64,000 nucleotides of DNA from an uncultured virus (IMG/VR IMGVR_UViG_3300048778_000136). Lineage: Duplodnaviria > Heunggongvirae > Uroviricota > Caudoviricetes. The position numbers and the translations under genes were made by a program. The notes under the pieces are model-generated. The model made no database searches and was not told the origin of the DNA. It was given only the letters and a program-made list of their open reading frames with translations. Location: the IMG/VR virus record IMGVR_UViG_3300048778_000136, one strand, 5' to 3'. Positions 1-8,441 of this stretch are shown piece after piece. Numbering within the stretch: position 1 is the stretch's first letter; each line of letters opens with the position of its first letter.

Positions 1-1254
1 TCCCGATATCGTGACGTTCGTTCCTGCCACTAATCCCGGCGTTGCCGTTCCTGTTCCGCCGTTAGCAACGGCTACGATGCCCGTCACGTTCGCCGCCGTG
101 CCAGTCGTGTTCTGGTTCAGCGTCGGTACATCTGCTGCGACGATGGCACGATAGGACGGGACGCCAGCAGCGCCGCTAGGAGCAGCAAGGAAGTAATGAG
201 CCGTCTGCGAATTGCGTGTCACCGCCAATGTGCCAGAGGTTGTGATGGGCGATCCAGTAATTGTTTCGTCGGACGGGACGGTCATCGCCACGCTGGTTAC
301 GGTGCCGGTTCCGCTGGGTGCCGTGTTGCAGTTCAGCAATGTGCCTGTAGAGTTATAACTGCACAAATCACCACTGATATAGGTTCCGGGAAGCAGGCTG
401 AGGTTCGTCTGAGCCCCGAACGAATGGTAGTCGAAGGTGACGGCTGCTGATCCATTGAACGTCGTGCCTGGGGCCGCTCCGCCTGTTGCCGCTGCCGTGA
501 GCGCGTTCGTTGTGGTGCCGCCTCCGCCGCAGCTACCCCACGAAGGCGTAACCCCGGCTCCGCCGCTGATCGGGCACTGACCGCTCGTACCAGCCGACCC
601 CGCAAACTCCAAGGGTGATGCAGTGCTGAGCAGGTTGATTCCACTGGTGAACGACTGCAAGTATGCTCCGAAAGTGTTGACTTGGTTCGTTTGCACAACG
701 GTTCCGGGCAGAACGTAAGCCGCCGCGTAGGCCCCCGTTCCAAATGCTCCGCCTGGACCTCCTGTAGCAATGATCGTTCCCGTTCCCGTCACACCAAGGG
801 AGGCTCCCGTCCCAACGAGCATCGCAGCACTAGTATTCGTGCTACCTGTGAGAGCAGAGAAAGCAGTTGCTGCCGATCCTGCACATGATCCCCATACAGG
901 CGCTGCACCCACTGTACCTATGCCTGTCTCGGTAAGGCATAGTGTAGAAGTGCTAGTATTCGCCCCAGTCACTGCTGTCACTCCCGGCGCAGACTGGTAC
1001 AGCGAAGAACCTAAAACTCCTCCGGGTATGCTCCCTCCGCTATTAGTGCAAGGAGTCCATGCTGTTCCGTTATAGCAATAGGCCGCGAACGCAGCAGGAG
1101 TATAAGGGATGGCTCCATAGCCTGAAGCGTTCCCATCGGGTGTCCAATCTGTACCATTGAAGAGATAGAGTCCTGCGGCTGGAGGAGTTATCTGCGCCGT
1201 CGCTCCGATACTCATCATCGCCAGCATCGCTAATCCGTAAAGTATCTTCTTCAT
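1..1254 (-). CDS. Tail fibre/spike-like Gly/Thr/Ala-rich protein with N-terminal signal peptide (runs off window start)
   Basis: Hand translation from ATG 1254 (GGAG upstream): MKKILYGLAMLAMMSIGATAQITPP..., open to base 1; fibre-type motifs GTGTVTSVAMTVP and VAVANGGTG; not in the ORF track because it has no stop in the window. Confidence 0.7.
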   Translation of the reverse strand, partial: MKKILYGLAMLAMMSIGATAQITPPAAGLYLFNGTDWTPDGNASGYGAIPYTPAAFAAYCYNGTAWTPCTNSGGSIPGGVLGSSLYQSAPGVTAVTGANTSTSTLCLTETGIGTVGAAPVWGSCAGSAATAFSALTGSTNTSAAMLVGTGASLGVTGTGTIIATGGPGGAFGTGAYAAAYVLPGTVVQTNQVNTFGAYLQSFTSGINLLSTASPLEFAGSAGTSGQCPISGGAGVTPSWGSCGGGGTTTNALTAAATGGAAPGTTFNGSAAVTFDYHSFGAQTNLSLLPGTYISGDLCSYNSTGTLLNCNTAPSGTGTVTSVAMTVPSDETITGSPITTSGTLAVTRNSQTAHYFLAAPSGAAGVPSYRAIVAADVPTLNQNTTGTAANVTGIVAVANGGTGTATPGLVAGTNVTISG

Positions 1255-1264
1255 CGCTTACTCC

Positions 1265-1801
1265 TTACCATGTGTCGTAGACGGTTACATCAATTGTGGG
1301 GGCCGTGGCACACGTTCCGGCGCTGAATGCGATCCCGTAATAATGACCAGCCGTCAAGGACGTGCTTGATCCAACTCCAGTAAAAACTCCATCAGCCGTC
1401 CCTAGTGCTAACGTCACGATGGCTGTTGCACTGGCATAAACCGTGCTCGCATTCGTTCCTAAATCCATCAATTGCACGGTAGGAGCTACCGTACAAGATA
1501 TAGTTCCTTCTTGGCGAACCGTAATCTGCGGGTAACTACTCGTGTCTGTGTAGTTTGTGAAGTAAACAGGACCGAGCATTGTCGCGGTTGAAAAGAGTGC
1601 AGGCGTAAGTGTTCCTGTGTTGTAAACCGTCACAAGGCATGAAGGAATAACTCCCTGCAAGTAGTTTGACGAACCTAATCCTGACGTGATCGCTTTAACC
1701 GCACCCTGTCCACATATTCCGTTGATCGCAGCATTCTGCGCATAGATTTCCCCACATCCAAACAGGAGTGTTGCTATCGTGATGAGCTTCAAGCGATTCA
1801 T
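1265..1801 (-). CDS. Putative virion structural protein with signal peptide
   Basis: MNRLKLITIATLLFGCGEIYA-QNAA; beta-rich; within the late operon. Confidence 0.55.
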   Translation of the reverse strand: MNRLKLITIATLLFGCGEIYAQNAAINGICGQGAVKAITSGLGSSNYLQGVIPSCLVTVYNTGTLTPALFSTATMLGPVYFTNYTDTSSYPQITVRQEGTISCTVAPTVQLMDLGTNASTVYASATAIVTLALGTADGVFTGVGSSTSLTAGHYYGIAFSAGTCATAPTIDVTVYDTW

Positions 1802-1810
1802 CTTCAACAC

Positions 1811-2197
1811 CTACCTAGTAATCTGTCCTGTTACTGTAACTGCATTTGGAAGCGTCTTCATATAAAGAGCAACATACTTTGCCCAGCTATTCAGCACGTC
1901 AACTCGACCTACAAATGACGTATTTACTTGGGTGATATTTGTCCACTCGATAAAGTAGTTAGGATTGTCCGTATCCGCTACCATCACACCTACCTCAAAT
2001 GCTCCGGGATCACCTGAAAAGGCTACTTCGACAGAGAATCCCCAAGGATAATGAACACTCCGCACACGCTCCAACTGCACAGCTAAACTCAGCGACCCTA
2101 CAGCGGCACTCGCAGGAATAGCATCGTTCTGCCATAGAAATACCTGCGAATTCTCGCGAATAATTTTTGCTTGGTTTACTCCTGCATATCCCGGCAT
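1811..2197 (-). CDS. Putative virion structural protein
   Basis: 128 aa beta-rich ORF with AGGAG RBS, in the morphogenesis operon. Confidence 0.55.
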   Translation of the reverse strand: MPGYAGVNQAKIIRENSQVFLWQNDAIPASAAVGSLSLAVQLERVRSVHYPWGFSVEVAFSGDPGAFEVGVMVADTDNPNYFIEWTNITQVNTSFVGRVDVLNSWAKYVALYMKTLPNAVTVTGQITR

Positions 2198-2209
2198 AAT
2201 ATCTTCTCC

Positions 2210-3514
2210 TTACGACCCTACGTTTAGCTGGCCTGTAACACTTGCGAATGGCTGCTGCGATTGCGTGCGGCGCATTCTCGTGAAATACAGATCGACTATG
2301 TTCCTATCCATGTTTTTACATAACTTAAGCCTATTGACATACTCTTTGTTGTAGGCTTGTGCTAAGAATTGCCAATTAGCTCCAGCCCCGCGCTCCATCT
2401 CGTCGCCCTTACTACCTTCCTTCCACAATGAAAGCATTTCTAGGGCACGTAATTTAACCAGTTCCTCGGTAAGTGGAAAAGGAAGAGTGTCATTAGGGCT
2501 CACAAGTGCTGGCCAATTACCCTTATACCCAAATGAATACGGCAATTCCGTGACAGGCCCTTCCCAAAGCTCAAAAAGTTGCTGCCCATAGGTAGCACTT
2601 CCTGCACGAATATCTGGACCGTAATAGACAACATACTCGGGCTGTGAATAGTCTGTTCTTTGAGGATCTTTCTCGCTCAAGTCGATTTGGTTAAGTGTCC
2701 ACCAATCCATTGTCGCGTTATTTGTGCAATCGACAATGTAATACCATTCCTTAAACCCAGCGGGGGCCGCAAAATACGCGACATACGCCATATAGCCACG
2801 ATGAAGCTGTCTAGGATTTGTCCACAGTCTATCCAAGGTTAGGACGGCTATCTGCGTCACAGTGAACGTAGCAGGAGTTCCACCCTCACTAAATACTACG
2901 TATGGATTTATGTATCCACTCCCGGCACTGATAACTTCTGAATATTCTCTCGCGGTTCCATCCGCCTCCACGGTTATCGATACACTTCCTCCAGTTCCGG
3001 GGCCTCCGTTATCAAGCACGGGAATAGTATAAGTTCCGGGGGTCTGTCCTGATCCTTGAGTGAAGATCGTCGCATAGGCTATAGTTCCATTGCCTCCAAT
3101 CGCAATGATGTTGTAGAGATCGTAGTATGGAACTCGAATCTGATATACCGTAATGATCGGATTTTTCGCCTTGTACCACGCAGCCGTGGCTATAGCATCT
3201 CCGGTCATCTGGTCAGAATAAGGTTCGATTGAAATTGTACCCGGACTTAGAAATCCGGGGTCTATTCCAAAATCGAAATCGGGCCTATCGGGATAGAAAT
3301 TATGTTCATGATGATGTTCGTGACGATGCGAGTCTGGGTATACGTGGTCTCCTAGAAGCCCCGGAGCCAACCAACCTCCAGTCTTTAACTGGAAGGAGAA
3401 TAGGTTTTCGTTCTGGATTGCTTCAAATGCTTCGTTAAGCTTTATCTTAACGAGGCCGAGGTTAGTTCCAGAAATTGCTCCCAAGCACTCTTGGATCATG
3501 TTAGCGTATGCCAT
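2210..3514 (-). CDS. Putative head-tail adaptor/tail tubular protein with His-rich loop and GSGY-type insert
   Basis: Position downstream of head genes; helical N/C termini with a beta-rich core; HRHEHHHEH segment. Confidence 0.5.
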   Translation of the reverse strand: MAYANMIQECLGAISGTNLGLVKIKLNEAFEAIQNENLFSFQLKTGGWLAPGLLGDHVYPDSHRHEHHHEHNFYPDRPDFDFGIDPGFLSPGTISIEPYSDQMTGDAIATAAWYKAKNPIITVYQIRVPYYDLYNIIAIGGNGTIAYATIFTQGSGQTPGTYTIPVLDNGGPGTGGSVSITVEADGTAREYSEVISAGSGYINPYVVFSEGGTPATFTVTQIAVLTLDRLWTNPRQLHRGYMAYVAYFAAPAGFKEWYYIVDCTNNATMDWWTLNQIDLSEKDPQRTDYSQPEYVVYYGPDIRAGSATYGQQLFELWEGPVTELPYSFGYKGNWPALVSPNDTLPFPLTEELVKLRALEMLSLWKEGSKGDEMERGAGANWQFLAQAYNKEYVNRLKLCKNMDRNIVDLYFTRMRRTQSQQPFASVTGQLNVGS

Positions 3515-3581
3515 GTTCCACCCCCAACATGGTAGAATTTAGGGGTGCGGCGGACAGTCGCACAAGGAATGAGGGTTCCTT

Positions 3582-4124
3582 ATGAAACGCACCGTGAAGA
3601 GACACGCTGTTGTCCAGCCGCTTGACCAGTCTATCAAACTCATCCCACTGACACGCGGATTCAATGCTATAGTTAGTGCTTCTGATTTTTATCTCCTCAA
3701 CCAATGGCATTGGTTTGCGATCCCATCCAAGAAAACGGAAACGGTTTATGTTGGAAGAATGGAGAGGAAATCGGATGGAACTAATAGACTCGTTCTGATG
3801 CATCGCTTCGTAGTCGGATGCGAAGAGGATGTTGACCATATTGATCGCGATGGACTCAATAACACGCGAGATAACCTTCGCCCATGTAGCGAAACTCTCA
3901 ATGCTGGTAACCAGAGGCTGCACAAATCCAATAAATCTGGATACAAGGGTGTGTCGTGGCATATTCCGACGCAGAAGTGGATTTGTAAAATTTATTTTCA
4001 AAACAAACAATTCCATTTGGGCCTTTTTGAAGACAAGATAGCCTGCGCACGCCGATACGACCGCAAAGCGCTCGAACTCTTTGGCGAGTTCGCTCGTCTC
4101 AATTTCCCGCGCTCTGATTACTAG
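3582..4124 (+). CDS. HNH-AP2 homing endonuclease, antisense to the late operon
   Basis: VDHIDRDGLNNTRDNLR HNH motif plus SGYKGVSW...HLGLF...YD...FGEFARLNF AP2 domain. Confidence 0.9.
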   Translation: MKRTVKRHAVVQPLDQSIKLIPLTRGFNAIVSASDFYLLNQWHWFAIPSKKTETVYVGRMERKSDGTNRLVLMHRFVVGCEEDVDHIDRDGLNNTRDNLRPCSETLNAGNQRLHKSNKSGYKGVSWHIPTQKWICKIYFQNKQFHLGLFEDKIACARRYDRKALELFGEFARLNFPRSDY

Positions 4125-4138
4125 TGTCATCTATCGCC

Positions 4139-4312
4139 TTACTTCTTTGTAGTAATCTTCTTCCGCGTCGTCTTGCCTATCTGGGGCGGCTTCTCTACCC
4201 ATTTGTTCGACTCCGCTCCGCCGATCTTCTTTGACTTTGCCTTGTCCTTTACCCAGTGGGCACTATCACCATCGTCCATCCACGCGTCTGATTGCTTCTT
4301 TTTGGGTGCCAT
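4139..4312 (-). CDS. Small Lys-rich protein (57 aa)
   Basis: Hand translation MAPKKKQSDAWMDD...TTRKKITTKK; starts 1 nt after the upstream stop; GAGG RBS. Confidence 0.6.
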   Translation of the reverse strand: MAPKKKQSDAWMDDGDSAHWVKDKAKSKKIGGAESNKWVEKPPQIGKTTRKKITTKK

Positions 4313-4313
4313 A

Positions 4314-4544
4314 TCATTTCCTCACAGTCGGTTTGACGTTCACATACTTCTTTGCGCCGCTCTTCTTTGTAATATTTTTCGGGGAAGTGGACGGATCTGC
4401 GTTAATTTTCTTCTCCGTTCCCGTTATTCTTTTCTGCGGATAAGTCACGCTCGACTTGTGGCCCTTTAGACCAATCGTGCGTTTTCCTTTTCCCACCGAC
4501 TCTAAACTGTTTGCGGTAACCGAGTTGAATTGCGGGTCGCTCAT
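4314..4544 (-). CDS. Small basic protein whose N-terminus resembles the major capsid protein N-terminus
   Basis: SDPQFNSVTANSLESV vs MCP NDPQFGEITANNLESV; GAGG RBS; K-rich tail. Confidence 0.7.
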   Translation of the reverse strand: MSDPQFNSVTANSLESVGKGKRTIGLKGHKSSVTYPQKRITGTEKKINADPSTSPKNITKKSGAKKYVNVKPTVRK

Positions 4545-4562
4545 CTTATTACCTCTCTCTTA

Positions 4563-4600
4563 CCAAAACGCCTCCTGCAAGTTTCCCTGCAAGAGGCGTT
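4563..4600 (-). terminator. Rho-independent terminator after the ice-binding-domain gene
   Basis: AACGCCTCTTGCAG-GGAAA-CTTGCAGGAGGCGTT hairpin followed by a T-tract on the minus strand. Confidence 0.7.
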
Positions 4601-4648
4601 GAGGTGGGTCACCCATCCGGGAGAATAAGCGACTTCGTTTAGCGGCTA

Positions 4649-5638
4649 TTAGAAAGTGCCCCCATAGCCACCGATCTGTACTACCTCAGCAGATAGATTC
4701 GTTCCTGCTGCAACTTCTCCGGGAGTGAAAGCTGGAAGACCACCTACTACCGTAGTAGCTGTAGCGATAGTGACCGCTCCAGTATTCGCCAAGACTCGGC
4801 CATTCTGTGTGCCGCCACCCAGCGTAGCGCTTACTGCTGCCAGAACGTTACCATTCATCGTCGAAGGAGCTACTGAGGTAAAGGAGCTACCAGCAACGAA
4901 TACTACGTTAGAAGCCTGTGCTCCATTGATAAGGGATACTGCTTGTCCGCTGGCTAGGTTGATGGTTGAGGTAGCCACGAATACAAACTGTGCATTCGGA
5001 TTACCTTGTGCATCCAGAATAATCCCTGTTGGCATAGACAGTGCTCCACCGAAATAGTTACCCGGTGTGTACGTCGATGCGGTGCTGCCATTTCCACCAG
5101 TGCTAAGGTCAGCCAAACCAGACAATGTTGGAGTGAGACCTTGGTAGTAAACGATAGCAGCGGCCAGTGCCGTCTGTGCAGCCGAAGCATCCGTATTGTC
5201 AATTACCGAAGGCGAAGTCAGAACGCCCGGAGGAAATCCTGTAATACTGGCCGTTGGAGCCGATCCAATATTTCCTTGAGCAATTACCGAACTTCCGGTA
5301 TTCGTGATTCCTGAAGCACCCAACAAAGCATAGTTTGCTGCGCTACCAAGACGTGTCGTAACGGAATTGAGAGAACTACCAGAAGCCGGTACAGTATTCC
5401 ACTTCAGATTCCATTTTTGACGCACACCAAATCCTAACGGTTGCGGCGTAACAATATAGTTACCGCTCACCGTATACACAGAACCAAATACTGCGTCAAT
5501 GTAAGAATTATATGTTGGGAGAACAATCTGATCCCCTCCAGTAACATAGGAAGACGGTCCAGAACCATACCCGGCCCAAGCGAAACGTCTTCCAATGAAA
5601 TCGGGATAGCCGAATAAAAGATTAAGTTGCATCGCCAC
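4649..5638 (-). CDS. Putative capsid decoration protein with inserted ice-binding (DUF3494/IBP-1) domain
   Basis: LGSAANYALLGASGITNTGSS..GNIG..ITGFPPG..A..A..TPG.Y..LDAQGNPNAQFVF..LINGAQASNV..GNVLA..NGRVLANTGAVTI is the DUF3494 signature; no signal peptide; follows the capsid and cement genes. Confidence 0.85.
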   Translation of the reverse strand: MAMQLNLLFGYPDFIGRRFAWAGYGSGPSSYVTGGDQIVLPTYNSYIDAVFGSVYTVSGNYIVTPQPLGFGVRQKWNLKWNTVPASGSSLNSVTTRLGSAANYALLGASGITNTGSSVIAQGNIGSAPTASITGFPPGVLTSPSVIDNTDASAAQTALAAAIVYYQGLTPTLSGLADLSTGGNGSTASTYTPGNYFGGALSMPTGIILDAQGNPNAQFVFVATSTINLASGQAVSLINGAQASNVVFVAGSSFTSVAPSTMNGNVLAAVSATLGGGTQNGRVLANTGAVTIATATTVVGGLPAFTPGEVAAGTNLSAEVVQIGGYGGTF

Positions 5639-5657
5639 TCCTTAGTGCTGTACTGCT

Positions 5658-5689
5658 AGAAATGCGGGGCGGAATTACCCGCCCCTTTT
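5658..5689 (-). terminator. Hairpin, weak terminator/attenuator between the cement and IBP genes
   Basis: GGGGCGG-N6-CCGCCCC stem (5666-5685) with an imperfect U-tail. Confidence 0.5.
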
Positions 5690-5691
5690 CG

Positions 5692-6546
5692 TTAGTCTTG
5701 AACAACCGAGCAGGCGTAACCAAGTTCAATCTTGAACAGATTGCTAACCAATGGTAGGTCAATTGCCAAACCAATGGTCGTGCTCGTTACGGCTGTCGTG
5801 GCGGTAGGAACATCCACAACACCACCAGTTGTCGGCTGGACTACAACTCCAGTTGCTGCCGCTCCGGTAAATGGAGTAACCTTTCCGAGTACCGTAGCTG
5901 TTCCAAGTTCCTGAATGAATCCGTAGTTGCCCGGAGTGATCGAATTCAAGAATACAACCGGACGAACCGCAACTCCTGTTACTCCAACCTGATCGAAGCT
6001 AGTAACGATGTTAGGAGACGTATCCAACTGAGCCGCAACCGTTCCGCCAATCGTTCCCGTAACCGTAAGCGGGAAAGTAGGAACAGAGTTGTATCCGAAG
6101 CCGGGATTCAGAACAGAGACTGCGGTGATTGTTCCACCTGAGCCAACTACTACCTGAATGACTGCACCTAATCCACCATTGCCCAACGTGGCAGCAATCG
6201 GATAGGTTCCAGCTATCGCTCCAGTACCAGCAGCGGTGATAACTACCGTCTTGACCATTCCGGAACTTCCACCTGCACGCAGATAGCCAACGGTGCCCGT
6301 CTTGACGTTCGCAGCCGTAGCACCAGAGTCAACAAGCACTAGACGATAGCGCCCGCTATACAGAATGCCATTGACCCCGAAGGATGCATTTGCAGCTTCC
6401 TCATTGGTCGCGTCAAAAAAGTCGCCAAGGTTCAAGCCGCCTGCCGCGACAGGCTGACCGGAGTCAGGATCGGTGAGTCCGGTAGGCGAAGTGAAGTTCG
6501 CGTTGTTCCAAGCGCCCCACGTCGGAAGTGATTGAAGATTTGGCAT
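5692..6546 (-). CDS. Putative capsid cement/decoration protein
   Basis: Directly after MCP; GRYRLVLVD and ITPGNYGFIQ..G.ATV pattern typical of cement proteins; Gly/Thr/Val-rich. Confidence 0.6.
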   Translation of the reverse strand: MPNLQSLPTWGAWNNANFTSPTGLTDPDSGQPVAAGGLNLGDFFDATNEEAANASFGVNGILYSGRYRLVLVDSGATAANVKTGTVGYLRAGGSSGMVKTVVITAAGTGAIAGTYPIAATLGNGGLGAVIQVVVGSGGTITAVSVLNPGFGYNSVPTFPLTVTGTIGGTVAAQLDTSPNIVTSFDQVGVTGVAVRPVVFLNSITPGNYGFIQELGTATVLGKVTPFTGAAATGVVVQPTTGGVVDVPTATTAVTSTTIGLAIDLPLVSNLFKIELGYACSVVQD

Positions 6547-6565
6547 TGCTGTTCTCCTTGTGCTG

Positions 6566-7117
6566 CTAAAACTTTGTTACTTCTAAAACTTGTTCTACAG
6601 AACTTTCAATCAACTCGCTGCTCATAGCTTCCACATCGAGCAAGTCCCAGCGATCTTCCATATCCCGCAAACGCCCTTCAGTCATCTTCTGGGCATACTT
6701 CTTATTTTGTGAATTGCTTTCATAGCCACGGTGTGTAAACCAAACCGTCTGTCCTGCTCCCTTTGTAGGGAGAATGAAAAACCGATTTTCGTCGATACCC
6801 CAAAGAATAAAGAAGTCTGCAACTTCAGAGTATGGACGCAGAGCGGATTTACGGTATCTCTTAGAGAGGCTATCCCATGCTCCGCGTTGCAAGTTGAAAA
6901 GATAACCGGGATACTGGAAAGCCTTCGAGTGAACTCTTAGGTGAGAGCATTTAACTTGAATGCGTAGCCCGTTTCCAAGCATGACATCGAAGCCGCCATC
7001 GACAGCAGGAAACATCACATTATGGCCCAAGAGAGACAGTTTTGACGCCACCGCATATTCCGCAGCCTTAGCCTTCAACTGAAACTCGTTTCCGAATTGT
7101 GATATCTTCTTTGTCAT
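6566..7117 (-). CDS. PD-(D/E)XK endonuclease (group I intron-associated type), free-standing
   Basis: AAEYAVASKL..G.NVMFP..D.GFDV....RIQVK motif; inserted between the MCP and cement genes. Confidence 0.75.
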   Translation of the reverse strand: MTKKISQFGNEFQLKAKAAEYAVASKLSLLGHNVMFPAVDGGFDVMLGNGLRIQVKCSHLRVHSKAFQYPGYLFNLQRGAWDSLSKRYRKSALRPYSEVADFFILWGIDENRFFILPTKGAGQTVWFTHRGYESNSQNKKYAQKMTEGRLRDMEDRWDLLDVEAMSSELIESSVEQVLEVTKF

Positions 7118-7161
7118 TGGTTGATTTCTCCTAGTTACAGTATAAAGTACTGCAACCAAGA

Positions 7162-8406
7162 TTACGAGCTAAACCCAAAAGAATAAGCATTATGGCGTGG
7201 CTGAGCGCAGTAGAGGTTGATTCCCAAGCGCATCATGATGCCGTCCACCGAAACGTTGTTCTGCTGCGGAACACGGCGCACGCCAAACTTGAACCCAGAC
7301 TTGTTTGTCGGACGAACCTTGAAGCTCTCAGGCTCAAGGAAGTACAACGCTTCTGAAGGCTGAATGGTTGTGTTCGACGGTAGACCAGAGTTGGTTCGCG
7401 AGAAGTTGATTGCTCCACCCTGCGCGTTCGTGAACTGAGGCGTCGTGAATGGAATCGTCGCGGTGCTCGATCCTACGCCGTCCACCAAGCTCGTGTTACC
7501 AGCCGCTCCGCCTGCTGCCTGACCCAGAGGAATGTAATACTGGGCGGTTGCCGATGGCGCGAGAGGATCAGAGTAGATTTCTACGCCGTTGTAGCTGAAG
7601 GCTACCCACTCAAGATCGTGCTTCTTCAACTGGATGTCACGGCGCTGCGCATCGAGCGCAATCGCGATAGCCGCAAAGCCGAAGCCGTTCGTGATGCCCA
7701 GCGTAGGCTTGCCACCGCAGGTTGTGATCTGTGTCCAGAGCTTCTGCAAGGAAGCAACGTCGATCTGTCCTGTTCCGCCCGAGGCTGTTCCGAGATACTG
7801 AGGCGTCGAGTTCCATGTGATGCCGACGTTCCCATTCCTCGTCTGCCCGCCGTAGGTCGTATAGCGGTTGCCGTAGAGCGAAGGATCGATGCCGTTATTC
7901 AGCGCCTCATCCAGCCCGTTCGAGCACTTGATGCGGTTGTCGCTGATGGTCGCATTGTTTGCCTGCCCGTGACGGAAGGAGTCCATTTCGAGCATGGTGT
8001 TGATGTTCATCACCATGTTCTCCATATAGAGACCGTACACGTCTGCAATCTTCGCAGGGCCGGAGTTAATCACGCCGCCCGTACCTGAGCCGTCGTCCAT
8101 TTCCCACTCGTCCATCGGGAACCACGAGACATACAGCTTCGGATAGAACTTTACCTTGGTGTCGATCTGCTGACGAGTCAGCGTAACCGTCTGTCCGGGA
8201 TTGACAGCCGCGCCCTGAGCACGACCGTACTGGATGACTTCCGTCATGCCAGCGCCGCCAAGGAAGTCTTCCCACACGCCCGCCCTGCGCAGCTTTGCTT
8301 GGAACGGAGTGTCAACGAATAACTGATTCCACACTACGTCACGTCTTACGCTTTCGAGGTTGTTGGCTGTTATTTCCCCGAACTGTGGATCATTTGGAAG
8401 GCTCAT
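7162..8406 (-). CDS. Major capsid protein
   Basis: 414 aa, after portal and scaffold; GG.....IQY N-terminal motif, NGL, YGG.TR, LY C.QPR.N C-terminal pattern; strongly biased codon usage. Confidence 0.8.
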   Translation of the reverse strand: MSLPNDPQFGEITANNLESVRRDVVWNQLFVDTPFQAKLRRAGVWEDFLGGAGMTEVIQYGRAQGAAVNPGQTVTLTRQQIDTKVKFYPKLYVSWFPMDEWEMDDGSGTGGVINSGPAKIADVYGLYMENMVMNINTMLEMDSFRHGQANNATISDNRIKCSNGLDEALNNGIDPSLYGNRYTTYGGQTRNGNVGITWNSTPQYLGTASGGTGQIDVASLQKLWTQITTCGGKPTLGITNGFGFAAIAIALDAQRRDIQLKKHDLEWVAFSYNGVEIYSDPLAPSATAQYYIPLGQAAGGAAGNTSLVDGVGSSTATIPFTTPQFTNAQGGAINFSRTNSGLPSNTTIQPSEALYFLEPESFKVRPTNKSGFKFGVRRVPQQNNVSVDGIMMRLGINLYCAQPRHNAYSFGFSS

Positions 8407-8441
8407 TGTTTCTATCTCCTAATTGCCTAAAACTTTTTATA

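Noticed and set aside
196..1075. ORF-track ORFs 196-450, 333-770, 682-888, 770-1075
   Set aside because: Shadow frames of the long minus-strand fibre-like gene starting at 1254.
3501..4130. 209 aa minus-strand ORF
   Set aside because: Antisense shadow of the clearly recognisable HNH-AP2 gene.
4160..4195. PPQIGKTT as a Walker A motif in the 57 aa basic protein
   Set aside because: No preceding hydrophobic strand or Walker B; likely chance.
6566..7161. Group I intron around the PD-(D/E)XK endonuclease
   Set aside because: Flanking gaps are only about 20-45 nt, too small for an intron core, and MCP ends normally.
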